This document shows, piece after piece, positions 34,898-47,908 of a stretch of DNA of 64,000 bases. Origin of the DNA: Selaginella moellendorffii (taxonomy: Eukaryota; Plantae; Lycopodiophyta); the NCBI RefSeq assembly GCF_000143415.4, contig NW_003314375.1:310001-374000 (forward strand), in the 5' to 3' direction. Each line of letters starts with the position of its first letter. The stretch's first letter is position 1. Under the pieces are notes generated by a model. That model made no database searches. It saw only the letters and a list, made by a program, of their open reading frames with translations, and had not been told where the DNA came from. The position numbers were made by a program, and so were the translations under genes.

Positions 34898-35400
34898 AAT
34901 CTATCACGAAAACAAGATGATACTGCGTCTACAAACACTACGCTACCATGGCTGACAGCCAGAAATTAAGGTACGCGGAGTTATAATGGGTGAAAGAGCA
35001 CGGTGCTTGCCGTGCCGAAACACATCAGCAGCTGGCGGCCTTGTTTTCTCTTTTCTTTTTATTTTCTTTCTTTCTTTTCTACAGGCTGGGAAGGAAGAAG
35101 AACGAGCAAGTGTGGTGGCGAATGCGGCATTCAATGCAATTCGGTCGTTACAAGAATTTGTGGTCGGGCGAGTATGATATACCAGTGTTTGGCTTCTCAA
35201 TTCAACTCACCGATTTTCTCTCCTCTTGTTGTTTTGTTGCAGAGAGAGACAGTCAGTGCTTGGGTTCTCGACTTTACTCGCTCACACTATGCAGCTGCGG
35301 CTTGGACTTATGTGGCGAAAACGCGGCACTACTTCTGTCATGGGCTTCAGGTGCTAAAACCTTCCACAACCCCTGTCGTAGTAATCTCCTACACGGCACA

Positions 35401-36601
35401 ATGCCGCCTCGCCTGCGCGCGCCAAGCTCAAGAATGCTGGAGCCTCTTTTCGTCCTGGTTCTCCAACTCTCTGCTGTATGCATTCAAGCGCAGCTGCTCG
35501 TTGGATTCTATGACAGCTCCTGCCCGAGAGCCGAGAGCATTGTGCAACAATCCGTGATGATGGCGATCCAAAGTAATCGCCCGCTCGCATCGCGTCTAGT
35601 TCGGCTCTTCTTCCACGACTGCTTCGTGCAAGTAAGTTTGAAGCTAGAGCTCGAGCTGCATCTGATGTCGCTACTCATGCCTGCGTTTTGTGCCACAGGG
35701 GTGTGACGCCTCAATCTTGCTCGACTCAACTCCAAACAACACTGCGGAGAAAGATAGCCGGGCGAGCGCAACCGTGGGTGGCTACGAGGTGATTGACGCC
35801 GCCAAGAACACGCTGGAAGCTGTGTGCCCCGGAACTGTGTCATGCGCAGATGTAGTAGCATTGGCGGCCAGGGATGCCATATTCTTTGTAAGTTGATAAC
35901 CTCTTTGCTCTTTTGTTTACTGGCCACGGGCAGAGCACAGTGCATTGATTGACTGCTCTATCTCTGTTCTTTTTTGCTAGTCTGGAGGGCCGCACTGGGA
36001 CGTTCCAACTGGACGGAGAGACGGCCTTGTTTCACAGGCTTCCGTCGTCGCCTCCAACTTACCAGATCCATCCTTTACCGTGGACCAGTCGACAGCATCT
36101 TTCAGCGCCAAGGGTCTGTCTCAATCGGACCTGGTGGTTCTTTCAGGTGAGCAAACGCGACTTGGTGGATGTTCTCAGTTGTGTTCACTAATCTGTGTAG
36201 GCGCTCATACCATTGGTTTTGCGCACTGTGGAGCGATCATGAATCGGTTTAGTGCCAACGGAAGCGATCCGACGCTGGATCCGACGTTTGGGAAGATGTT
36301 GGAGTCGAGCTGCCCGTCTCCCAGTCCAGACGCCACCAAGCTGCTGCCCCTGGATGTATTGAGCAACACCATCTTCGACAATGCCTACTTCGTCAACTTG
36401 CAGGCGGGGAAGGGCCTCATGTCGTCGGACCAGGCGCTGTTTACTGATCCAAGGACAAAGCCGCTGGTGAACGCCTTTGCTCAAAACGCAAACAGCTTCT
36501 CTGCAAACTTCCAGCTGGCTATGGTGCGACTGGGACAGGTCCAGGTGAAGACTGGCTCGGATGGCCAGATTCGGAAAAACTGCCGGGCAATCAATTCTTA
36601 G
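35401..36601 (+). CDS. Class III secretory peroxidase
   Basis: QLLVGFYDSSCP, VRLFFHDCFVQ-GCDAS, VSCADVVALAARD, LSGAHTIG, GQIRKNCRAIN. Confidence 0.95.
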
Positions 36602-36902
36602 CCAGCAACTTTGTCGCAATTTTTTGTCGAAAAGCCACACCCTTCTTTCTGTATAAACATACATCTCAAGCGAATCGTTCGTTGACAAGCTTCTGCTTAG
36701 CAACCTATTGGAAAGTAACTCATAATAGTAGTAATCTCTTTACTCCCTCACACTCACTCACAGTTCTCTCTATTGTATTGTACCTAGGGGAAGCAGTCGT
36801 CGTACGTAGTAGTGTTGTAGCATCAGCATAGTACACATACAAGATCATACCAGAGAGGTTAACGAGAAAAATAAGAGGGCTTGCTTGTCAGATCGTCGAG
36901 GC

Positions 36903-39122
36903 CTACAGCGCTAGAAAAGGGACCTGCTTTCTCGCGTGTTCGGGTATGAGTCGTTCAAGCAGTTCTTGCGATGCGCCCTTCAACTCTGGATCGTTAAGTA
37001 GCATTCAGTCACAGGAGAATTTGGGACACACAACAACAATTTACCAAGTGGTTTGAAGTTGAACAAGGCTGGCAACGGTCGTCCATTGGGTAGCCTTGTG
37101 CTTGGGTCTCGGAGCTCATCAAAAAAGGGATGCACAAGTGCCTCCAGCTGTGAAAAATTTAAAGTTAAATGAACCAGCGCTCAACGAGAACGCGACAACT
37201 TACGGCATTGCATCGGAGGCTGGGGGAATACTGAAGCAGCCTCGACACCAAGTCCACTGCTTCAGGAGGCATCCGCTTGTGGAAAACCTGTCAACGAGCC
37301 ACATCAAGAGAGACAGAGAGAGAGATATACCGGATGATTGCTCTTACCTTGTGCCAGGGATGCGCTTTAATCTGAGGGAACTTAAACTCCGTGTAGTTTG
37401 GATTCATGCATTTGATTTCCTCCCGAGTAGGAGTACCTAAGACCTGCAAAAGCAAGTCTTGAGCAAGAGCGACTCGCAAAAAGAAAAAAGAGAGCAAGAA
37501 TGCATGCGTACCTTTATAATCTCCACTAGCTGATCCACGCCGCTCTCTCCTGGGAACAAAGGCTGCACAGTGGAAATGATTGATGAGACGGTGAGTGGCA
37601 TAATGGAAGAGTTGCAAGGACGAGGTATACAACCTGACCAAGAAGTAACTCAGCCAGAACGCATCCAGTCGACCAGATGTCGATGGCTGTTGTGTAGTCA
37701 GTTGCACCAAATATAAGTTCCGGAGCACGGTAATAACGGGAACAGATATACGATATGTTGGGCTCTCCTTTCACCTGTTTGTTTTGCCAAGAAAAGCAGG
37801 AAACGCAAATCAGCTGCTGAATTCCAAGGATCCTATTTGTAAGCACCCACCAAGACTTTAGCACTCCCAAAGTCACAGAGCTTGAGCTGGTGTGTGTGTG
37901 GATTTACCTGATGCAAACCAGCAAAAGAAAAGCATAAGAATTCCAGGACTCGAAAGCACAAGGAGGGTTTTACCAGAAGATTTTGCGGCTTAATGTCTCG
38001 ATGACAGACACCCATGCCACCGTGAATGTACGTCAATGCTCTGCAGATCTAGATTCCGTGAACACAAATGTCAGTTCCATGCCAACCACATTTCTTGTCT
38101 CTACTTTCATTGTTGCGGGGTGTGTGGTTACCTGGTAGGTGTAGAGCTTCACGTACAGCAGCGGCATGCGTTGGTTCATCCTGTTGTAGTGCTTTGCAAT
38201 CCGGTAGACGGTCTCGGGCACGTACTCGAGGACGAGGTTGAGGTAGAGCTCGTCTTTATCGGTGGTGGAAAAGAAGCAGTGCTTGAGGGAGACAATGCTG
38301 GGGTGGTCGAGGAGGCGCATTATCTGGAGCTCTCGGTTCTTGTAGCGCTTGTCTTGGAGGACCTTTTTGATAGCCACGGTTTCTCCGGTTTCCAAGCACT
38401 TGGCCTGCATTCCCAAAGAGAAAGAAGAAACGATAAAAGCCTGCTTTTGTTGCACTGTTTGGACTAGCAATACCTGGAAAACGATTCCAAAAGAGCCCGT
38501 TCCCACAACCCGTTCCGCGACATAGCTGATTGTCTGCCACACACGAAGAAGATAGAAAGACGAGTGAGGAAAGAGAGGTGAATGTAGGAGAAAGGGAGGA
38601 GCGCAAACCTGTTTAGGTTGGCCATTCCGACCTCCTATTGTGGTGGCAATGATGTGTCCGGTCTCGGTACCATTGCCGTCAATCACCGCCGCCTCCACCT
38701 CCTGCATCGAATCAACCCGACTTTCCATAAGTATCACCAGAAATGAGAGAGCGTTATTGCCAATCTACAAAACCTTTTCATCAATGTGTGTGGCGGCCTT
38801 GTCATCCCTGATCTTCATCTCGTGCATCTCGTCCGGGAGCTGGTCCACAACGTTGCTGTTGACGGTGGCAGCTCTGGGATTCGCTATCAAGCCGGCCGCG
38901 CTAACCGAGGACGCCATGCCTTGCTCCTCGCCTTGTTCTACCTTTGCCCTCTTGGTACCAGCTCCACCAAGCTGCTGCCATGGCAAGAGGAGCAACGAAT
39001 CAGTGGCTGGAATGGCGCTGGTGGTGGCGCTTGCTGGGAAGGGGGTAAATGGCGGATTTGGGGCTTACCGTGTCAGCCGTGGAGGACCAACCAGACGCTA
39101 AGTTCCTCAGCCGCTGCATCAT
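36903..39122 (-). CDS. SHAGGY/GSK3-like kinase
   Basis: [52 protein letters not shown]; first exon [11 protein letters not shown] (39122-39069); second possible start at 38917. Confidence 0.95.
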
Positions 39123-39201
39123 ATCCGTGGCCGCAACAAATGGCTGCCCCCATTCTCCTTCTCCTCCTCAATCTCCTCGCGCCGCGCCATCGCCTCCCTC
39201 G

Positions 39202-39296
39202 ACACACACACTCTCTTTCTCTCTCTCTCTCCTCGTCAAACTCTCACTCCCCAGTCAACGAATCCGCCCTCTCTCTCTCTCTCTCTCTCTCACACT
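39202..39296. repeat. (CT)n/(CA)n microsatellites upstream of GSK3
   Basis: Runs of ctctct and acacac. Confidence 0.8.
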
Positions 39297-39497
39297 CGTA
39301 TTCCAGGCACAGCGCTCGGCAGGGCTCAGCGCAGAGGTCCAGCCAGTCCTGGGCAGTGTGATGACTCGTGAGAGAGAAAAACAAACGCCACCGTGCCCCC
39401 GCCCCACACACACACTCACACTCACGTTCTACCTAGGCTAAACAACACCAACACCACCTTAGTGCTAAAACCATGTCTTACATAGAATCATAGCTGA

Positions 39498-39543
39498 GCT
39501 GAGATGAGATGAGATATGAAATGGGATGAGATGAGATGAGATG
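39498..39543. repeat. (GAGAT)n pentanucleotide repeat
   Basis: gagatgagatgagat..gatgagatgagatgagatg. Confidence 0.75.
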
Positions 39544-40004
39544 TTTTGGTGGTGGGTGTAGCTACCTATGACCCTTGGCTAAGCTTGAGATAGCTGTGGT
39601 TGAGCTGGCTCTGGAATTGGGGGTGTTTGAGCGTTTTGGTTGGGTGTTTTCTTTGTTTGCCAGTTGCCGCTGGGCAAGGACCAAAGCCAAGACCAAAGGG
39701 GGGCTTAAAAAGAGGCATTTGGAAAGGCAAGCAAGCAACGCAACAAAACAACCAACCAACCAAAAGAGGCAAATGCGTATACATACATACATATATAACA
39801 TAGGAAGTGTAATGTGATGAATAGATGGCGGGACAAGAATAAGAGGAGGCATGTGCAATGTGGCAGAGCCTCCCTGTAATGCCCACTGTTCCTTGTGCTC
39901 ATGACTCATATGCCACTTAAAATGTCTAGTTTGCCATTTTGTGTTCTCCTCTCTCGTCCACGCCGCCCCGTCCCGTCCTCCATGTCTCCACGGTATACTC
40001 CACG

Positions 40005-40986
40005 TCAGGCGTAGTCGTAGAGGCAAATGCTCCGGTCGTCCGCGACGGTGGCCAGCCTGCCCGGGCGGAAGGCAACGCCCCACACCTGATCTTTGTGCTC
40101 CGTCAGGCTCTGAACGCAGCTCCTCGTCTTGAGGTCCCAGAGGCGGACCGTCCGGTCGCTCGACGCGGAGGCGAGCGCGGCGCCGTCTGGGCTCCCCGCC
40201 ACGCTCAGCACCCAGCTCGCGTGGCCCGACATGGCGCTCACCAGGCTCCGCCCCTCGGCATCATACATGTGGACGTGCTTGTCGTCGCAGGCGGTGAAGA
40301 GGTAGCGCGGCTCCACCGGCGAGAAGGCGAGGCAGCGCACCGGCATCGAGTGGCCGTCGAGCGTGTGCAGCATCTTGCCCCGGGCCACGTCGAAGACGGC
40401 GATGGTGCCGTCCATGGAGCTGCACGCCAGCAGCTTGCCATCCGGGCTCCATGCAACCGACAGCACGAACTTGCCACCCCCGACCTTGTCCACGCTCTCC
40501 GCCTTGAGGCTCGTCTCCCGGCTCCCGCTGCTCGCCTTCCAGATGTTGACGCAGCCGCTCCCTCCGCCAGCCACCGCCAGCAGCTCCCCCTGGGTGCCAC
40601 ACCAATCCATGAAAATGCCCATCGATAAATGCCCACGCCTCCCTCACCTTGGGATGGAACTGCATTTGCCACGCCTCAGCGGGCTTGCTCTCCAGCGTCG
40701 CCAGCGTGCTGTTGGAGTCCACGTCGAAGATGCGCACCACACTGTCCAGGGACGTGCATGCCGCCACCCTCCCATCTGGGCTCGCCGCCACCGCCACCAC
40801 ACCTAGCGAGTTGCCGCTGTTGGTCCGCTCCAGGTCCAGCTCGTCGCCCTTCCACACCTTGACGCTCTCGTCCGCCGACCCCGTGAGCAGCACTGCTGGA
40901 CGATCGCCGGTTGCTGCTGCCCACGCCACCGCCCACACTCCATCGCCGTGCGCGTTGGCCAAGCTCTTGATGCTCACGAGCTTCAT
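40005..40986 (-). CDS. VIP3: WD40 protein VIP3/SKI8 (WDR61)
   Basis: MKLVSIKSLANAHGDGVWAVAW, LLTGSADESVKVW, KFVLSVAWSPDG, GHSMPVR, GHASWVLSV; one intron about 40590-40648. Confidence 0.93.
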
Positions 40987-40991
40987 CTCAT

Positions 40992-41017
40992 AAACCCTAG
41001 AGCTTCGAGCTAGGGTT
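40992..41017. promoter_or_regulatory. Inverted pair of telo-box-like motifs between divergent genes
   Basis: aaaccctag-agcttcgag-ctagggtt between ATGs at 40986 (-) and 41026 (+). Confidence 0.55.
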
Positions 41018-41025
41018 GCGTTGTC

Positions 41026-42440
41026 ATGGTCATGGGCGGGGGGCTCTTGGATTCGGACATGGAGGAAGAGCGGCATCTGGACAAGCTTTCCCGCCTCGTC
41101 CACCACCAGAACGAGTCCGCCGTCAGGAGGGCTGCGAACATCCAGGAGCGCAGGGAGAGCATCCAAAGGTACCGTAATACCATCCATAGCTTGCGCACAC
41201 GCTCACCGTCATTGATTGCAGCTATCGGCCGGGGAGATGGATTGCCGAGACTGGGGGCTTCGAGGCCAAGAGCTTTGCGGTGCCAGAGGTGACGACGCTT
41301 CTCGTGGTTGGGCCGATGGGTGCGGGAAAGAGCACTCTCATCAACAACATGATCAGGGTGGTCAACGACATGAATGCGGGCTTCGACAGAGCTCAAGTGT
41401 GCGGTGAGTGATCCAGCAGCAGCAGCAGCAGCATCAGCTAGAACTCGTGTCTGACTGTGTGCCAGGCGATCCGAGCGAGAATGGAACTCTCTTCCTCAGG
41501 GAGTACATGCTGTGCAACGCGGTGAAGAACATCTGCGTCTTTGACACTCGGGGTTTCTCGGAGGTGGACACCGACGAGGACCTGAGCATGGTGCGCGATT
41601 GGATGAAGAACGGCGTCAAGCATGGAGGGATCGTGCAGAGGTAGAGAAGAAGAGCGACGTTTTGGTCTCATGCATGAGACATGCAGGTCCGCGGGCCCTG
41701 ACGTTGATTCGCTGTTCGTGAGAGCCCGGCACGGCCATCACTTGCACAGCGCTACCAGGCAAGTTAACTTTGTCATCTTTGTGGTGAGCGCTGTGGCCGT
41801 CCACAGAGAGAGAAGGGCGGGGGCGGGAGCAACGCACCGCTCTCCCCTTGCCAAGATCTACAAGAGTTCTTTCCTCACATTCAAAGGTACTTGACGATGT
41901 TATAGGAGGAAGGAGTGCTCATTCTCTCGTCTCTCGAGCTGCGCAGACGATAGACCTGTCGTGGTAATGACTCACGGTGACGAGCTGTCCGTCGAAGACC
42001 GAATCGCTGCACGGTTTCATCTCGGGGAGATTCTGGGCGTCTCTGCCGCAAACCAGATATTTGACATACCAGGTGCTCTCCTGAAAAGGTTCTGTGAGCT
42101 TGCTGACCGTGATATGTTGGCAGGCTACACCGGCAGATACATGGAAAAGCGCGACCAAGACTTGGTTGCGGACATGACGACGCTGGACATGGTCGAGTAT
42201 GCTCTGATGCGTGCAGACCGAAACCTGTGTTACAAGCAGTCTGCTCTGCTACAGGCGATAACTCTGGCCAGCAAGCAGCTGGGATTACGTGCTTTTACGC
42301 TGTCGCCGAATTCGCAGGCACCAGAGATGAATTTCTCGGCGCTGCTGCTGCTGGCGGCGGCGGCGGCGCTGCTCACTGCGTGGGTGTTCGTGGTGGCTGC
42401 GCTTGGATATGGTATCACGTACAGCAGCAGGAGGTCCTAG
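41026..42440 (+). CDS. P-loop NTPase with C-terminal TM segment (IFI44-like plant family)
   Basis: Walker A GPMGAGKS (41310-41333), DRAQV, CVFDTRG, VVMTHGD; hydrophobic C-terminus. Confidence 0.8.
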
Positions 42441-42660
42441 AAGATGTGTGTTGGCTTGTGTGTTTGTGTCTATCGTCTAGCTGCGTGTGTACATATTGGA
42501 TATTTGGAATGAATGCGTTTAGTAAAGGTGCATAGGCTAGTCCACCAGGGGTGGCATGTTTAGGTAGTGGTAGGCAAGGAAGAAGGCAAGCACACACACG
42601 CAATCTCTTTCCCGAGCGCGCGCGCAAGAGGGTTGGGTTGGGTTGGGTTGGGTTTGGTTT

Positions 42661-44712
42661 ATGGCGGCTGGGAGGAGCGGAGGAGGGGTGAGCGTCAGTG
42701 TGCCGCTGTCGTGCTTCCCAGTTCCGCGAATCTGTGGCGTGGCGCTTCCACGTGTGCGCGGCGGAGTTAGCAGCCGAGTTTCGTGGAGCATCATGGAGGA
42801 GCGGCCGTCGCCCCGGCGTCGAGGGAGGGGCGCCATTGCCGAGATGGTGGAGGCTGCCGCGGCGCAATGGGCAGTAGACGACGTTGCCACCACCGCTGCC
42901 GCCGCCGCTGCTGCTGCCGCCACCACCAATGACCACTCGGCGGCGTCCTCGTGCCACGAGGAGCAGCACGAGCACTCGTCCGTCTTCCAGGGCGTTGGCT
43001 CGGAACAAGGTGAACTTCGACTGGCTGGCTGGCTCACTGTTGCCACTCTCAAACCCTATCCTTGGTCGCAGAATTGCTGCTTGGCATCGACAAGGAAGTG
43101 GCGGCGGGAAGGCTGCCTCCTCATGCCGGGGAGGGCATGAAGGACTTTTACGCAAACTATCGGGATGCGGTAAGAACACTCGAGTTATATCCTCCAAGTC
43201 CATGCTTCTCTTTGTCAGGTGCTACACAGCGAGTCCGAGACGGCACACAAATCGGTGGTACCGATCATGGCAACTGTTCTTGACCGAATCCTGTTGCAAT
43301 TCGAGGTAGCTACGGGTGAACTTGTTTCTAGCTCGCTTGCCTTTTATAACATGGATAAGGTTGTGCGCACTTGCAGGATCCCTTCACATTCCCTCCATAC
43401 CATCAAAGCATGAGGGAGCCTTTTGATTATTACAAGTTTGGCCAGGAGTACATCCGTCCCTTGCTTCACTTCGGGTAAGGTGGTGGTGGCGTTGGCAACA
43501 GAGAAAATTCGTAAAACCGCTTGTCTCTGAGCAGTAAATCATATCTCGGTAACAAGGAGCACTGGGATGCAATCGAAAACCAAGTGCAACAGGTATAATT
43601 CTTTTTCCTTGCTTGTTTGCCAATCAACTCTATAATCTTTCTCTCGACTCCATCAATGCAGGGGCACAACGTGGTTCTTTTCTCGAACCATCAAACGGAA
43701 GCCGATCCTGCAATCATCGCATTGCTTCTGGAGGGCTCGCATCCTTATCTTGCGGAGAGAATGGTATTGCTTCCTGGATGTGAGCTTCGCAGCTTGCAAG
43801 ACTATATGCTCTACTGACCAAGTGACTGTGTCAACGGTGACAGACGTACATAGCCGGGGACAGGGTCATCTTGGACCCGTTTTGTAAGCCCTTCAGCATG
43901 GGAAGGTTCGATCTCTTTCTCTTCTTCGTTGACACTGGTGCCGGTGTTTTGCCGCCAGGAATCTTATCTGCGTTCATTCGAAGAAGCATATCAACGACGA
44001 CCCTGAGCTTGTGGAGATGAAGCGACGTGCAAACACACGGGCTCTCAAGGAGCTGGCCGTCCTTCTCAGGTGGTTTCTCTGTCCTGCCTCTTAACTTGCA
44101 ACGTTTCTCAGATTGCCAGCATTGGTAGGAGCGGGAAGCAGCTAATATGGATTGCGCCTAGTGGCGGCCGTGATCGCCCCGATCCCGTCACCAACGAATG
44201 GACTCCAGTAAGCTTGTATTGTTTCTGTGGTGGCTAGTGACAGGGTGACATGCGCACTTCCAGGCAGTTTTCGACCCGGCGGCCGTGGACAACATGAGGC
44301 GGCTGGTTGAGCGCGGTGACGTTCCAGGACACATGTATCCGATGGCTCTACTCAGCTACAACATCATGCCGCCTCCACCCAAGGTGAGAGAGCTGGTTTG
44401 TCCGGGCGATGGACTCATTTCATTGCCATGCACAGGTCCAAAAGGCGATTGGAGAGAGACGTCTCGTAGGATATCACGGGGTCGGCCTCTCCGTTGGTTC
44501 CGAAGTCAATTTTGGACAGGTGAGCCTTGCTTTTCCTGGGACAAGGAACAAACGCGTTGGCTTTTGTGCCTTTGCAGGAGGATGCTCACCAAAGTGTGTG
44601 GGAATCAGTGAGGGAGCAGTACGCGCTGCTTCACAAGGCCGTGCATGGAAACGAGGGGCCAAGCGCCTCCACACCCGCCTGTAGTCTATCTCAGCCTTGG
44701 CTCGCGACATAA
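42661..44712 (+). CDS. ATS1: Plastid glycerol-3-phosphate acyltransferase
   Basis: Transit peptide; [27 protein letters not shown] (HX4D), [32 protein letters not shown]. Confidence 0.94.
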
Positions 44713-44982
44713 CATCCGCGCAACACTATTCGGCAACAGCAACAACACAACTCCACCTTACTTGAAACTGTGCATACCGCTGAAGGAAAATTTTTCATTC
44801 TCCACTCTGTTCTTGTTCTTGTATAGACGATTGATCGATCGACACGGCCAGCCAACACGCGTGGAGAGCGCCGTTGGCTTTTGTACTCATTGGGAAAAAC
44901 AAGTTTATATATCTTCTTTGGCCACGCGTCTAGCAACCTTGATAAGCAGAGCGGTGGAGTGGGATTAGCACGACAGTGGCAA

Positions 44983-45339
44983 ATGGCCGAGAGGAAGGGG
45001 ACGAGCGAGGAGGAGGGGCGGCAGTCCTCAATCGGCACGGAGCCGCGGACACTGAATGCACAGGAGATGCAACACGTCAAGGTGGTGTTTTGATTCTCTG
45101 GTTTAGTTTTTCCAAATGCGAGCGAGAGAGAGATGGCTGAAACAGGGGGCTGTGGAGGATGCATTCCAGTCGAGCGACACTCAAGAGAAAGCCATGGCTG
45201 CGCTATCCTCGTCGCAGCCTCCGCCTACTGCCCCTCGTTCGGCACTTGTAAGAATTCCGAGCAAGCGTGCATGCCGATTGTTATCTTTTGACGTTTCTCC
45301 GCTTTGGCAAAGCAGGAGGACAAGGGCGAGGTCAAGTGA
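44983..45339 (+). CDS. Small uncharacterised protein (about 75 aa, 3 exons)
   Basis: MAERKGTSEEEGRQSSIGTEPRTLNAQEMQHVK / GAVEDAFQSS.. / QEDKGEVK* with plausible GT-AG introns. Confidence 0.55.
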
Positions 45340-45688
45340 TCCGAGCCGTACTACGTGGGCCGGAGGGATTTAAGTATAACTTATCAGAGGGATGGATGGA
45401 TGGATACATCGCAAACAAAGAAAAGAAAAAAGGAAAATATAGGTGGCTTAGCCTAGATCAAATGTGTTTGTTTTGGCTTGGTCATTGCTGGGAGAGGGTG
45501 TGCGCGTCATGGATTGTGTGAGTGAATAGAAGAGGAGTGAAGGAAGAGGGATGTCTTACTCTCGCTTCAAGAGGGTCCCAAGATGATGCGCCTCTTGAGA
45601 TGCTCCGCCCTTCATACTGGACAAACCGCGGCCAAGGGGCAACGAGGACAAGAAGACGAGCAGCAGCAGCGGCGCACCAAGCTGCAAA

Positions 45689-47821
45689 ATGGGGCAGTCC
45701 ATGTCGATCCTCAATCCCATCGACGAAATCTTCCTCCAGGTAAGTCATCCCGGCGCTTTGCAATGCAATCCATATATCTGTGCCTTGGGTTGTGTCGATC
45801 TCGTTTGTCCGGCTGTGCGTGACAAACGCCAGCCCAGGAGCAGGACCCGGCAGCCCAGCAGCAGCGGGGGTTTGTCGTCTCTGCGCTCGCGCTTGCGTTC
45901 CCTCCTCTCGTCAATGTTTAAGGTATTCCTCCTCTGTTTCTTTCTCCTCGTCGCCCCTCACGCAACATAGGAATGCGAGCGCGTGCATGTTGTTCCCCTT
46001 GCCCATCCATCGCCCCCGCTCTTCAAGCCGTAATCTGTTTTGCATTGCCCGCAGGATGGACGCAGGAATGCGCTGACTGATGACGACCACCATCGCACTC
46101 CTGCGCCAGACAATAATGACTACGGTAGAACTCCGTGTGGCCTGTGTTCGCACTCTAATGTCCACACTGCAGAAAGATTTGGCCCGTTTGGATCGAGCTA
46201 CGAGGAGGAGCTTGCGAGAGCCGTGCAAGAGAGCATGGACTTGGACAGCCAAAGCAGAAGCAGGAGTGCTCCCAGCCCGAGCAAACAAAGGTTGGCAGCC
46301 CATCCCGTTTATGTGTGTAGTCTTCAACTCCCTTGATGCACAGATATATATGTGCTGGGTGCAACCAGGAGATCGGACCGGGGCGCTTCCTCAGTTGTCT
46401 TGGTTCTGTGTGGCATCCACAGTGCTTCCGCTGCAAAGCATGCGGAGATCCCATATCGGGTTCACAGGTTTCTCGACTTTGATGACCCTCCACCCACGCT
46501 CCTCGTGTATTTCTTGCAGTTTGCCTTGTCCGGGAGTGACCGCTACCACAAGGAGTGTTACAGGGATTTGTATCATCCCAAGTGTGAAGTCTGCCACCAG
46601 TTTGTATGTTTTGTTGAGCTTTATATGCGGATGGTATTTACTTCCAGTCATTCAGATTCCACCGAATTCCTCTGGCCTGATAGAGTACCGCGCACATCCT
46701 TTCTGGGGACAAAAGTATTGCCCCTTGCACGAAAAGGACTCCACCCCTCGATGTTGCAGTTGTGAGCGAGTGGAGGTAAGGCCTGTTTTTACTGCCTTGT
46801 CGACTGCTTGACCGGCCGGGGTGACATACATGCAGGCTCGAGACGCACGGTTTGTGAGCCTGGACGATGGACGGAAGCTGTGCCTAGAATGCTTAGATTC
46901 GGCAGTCATGGATACGCACGAGTGCCAGCATCTCTACCACGAAATTCTGGATTTCTACGAAGGAATGAACATGAAGATCTCGCAGTCGATACCGATGCTT
47001 CTGGTGGAGCGACAAGCACTCAACGAAGCTCGTGAGCACGAACGAGACGTAAGTTTTTGTATGCTCGTCCCGTGTATAGGCAGGCATTCATTCTGTTGCT
47101 TGCGCACAGGGCTACCACCACTTGCCAGAAACAAGGGGCCTCTGCCTGTCGGAGGAGCAGACTGTTAGCACTGTAAGTAAGTCCGAAACCTCCAACCTCT
47201 GGAAAGTTTCTGATGGTGAAGCGCTTTCAGGTGTACAGAAAGCCAAAGGCTTCACGTAGCAATCCAGTGGGCAGTATGCGCAAGGAATCACTCAGGCTCC
47301 GACGCCAGTGCGAAGTCACCGCTATCCTTGTTCTGTACGGCCTTCCACGGTGAGTTCAGTTCAGTTCTCGCCACGAAACACTCTGATCATGTTTGCAGTC
47401 TGCTCACTGGCTCCATCCTGGCTCACGAGCTCATGCATGCCTGGCTCCGGCTAAATGGTGAGCTCCCTGAACTTGTGTTGCTAGAACTTGGCTCGACACA
47501 TATTTGCTTCTCTCTGTTGAAGGCTATCCGCACCAGTTGAATCCAGCGGTGGAGGAGGGCATTTGTCAAGTGATGGCACACACTTGGCTCGAGTCGCAGA
47601 TCGGCAGCAGCGGCGGCAGCAGCAGCAGCTCGTCAGGTGGCAAGCAGAAGCCAAAGTCGATCAACAACGATCGTTTCCAGGAATTCTTTCTCCACCAGAT
47701 TGCCATGGACTCATCACCGGCATATGGCGATGGATTCAGAGCAGGGCATCAGTCGGTGGTGCAGTTTGGTCTGTCGAGAACGCTCGAGCACATAAAGCTG
47801 ACGGGCAGTTTTCCTGTGTGA
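45689..47821 (+). CDS. DA1-related protein (UIM, LIM, DA1 peptidase domain)
   Basis: [14 protein letters not shown]; [18 protein letters not shown]; IEYRAHPFW; [15 protein letters not shown]; EEGICQV; YGDGFR. First exon uncertain. Confidence 0.92.
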
Positions 47822-47908
47822 AGAAAACACCAAAACAAAACACTTTTCTTCAAATATTCAGAAGGAGAAGCGACTCGGGTTTGCGTTTCTTGGTTGTTTG
47901 ATCCAGAC

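Noticed and set aside
39634-39768. Imperfect fold-back upstream of GSK3
   Set aside because: Pairing comes from low-complexity TTGG/CCAA tracts
39845-39890. miR160-like string ctccctgtaatgcc
   Set aside because: 5' half does not match miR160 and no extended precursor hairpin is visible
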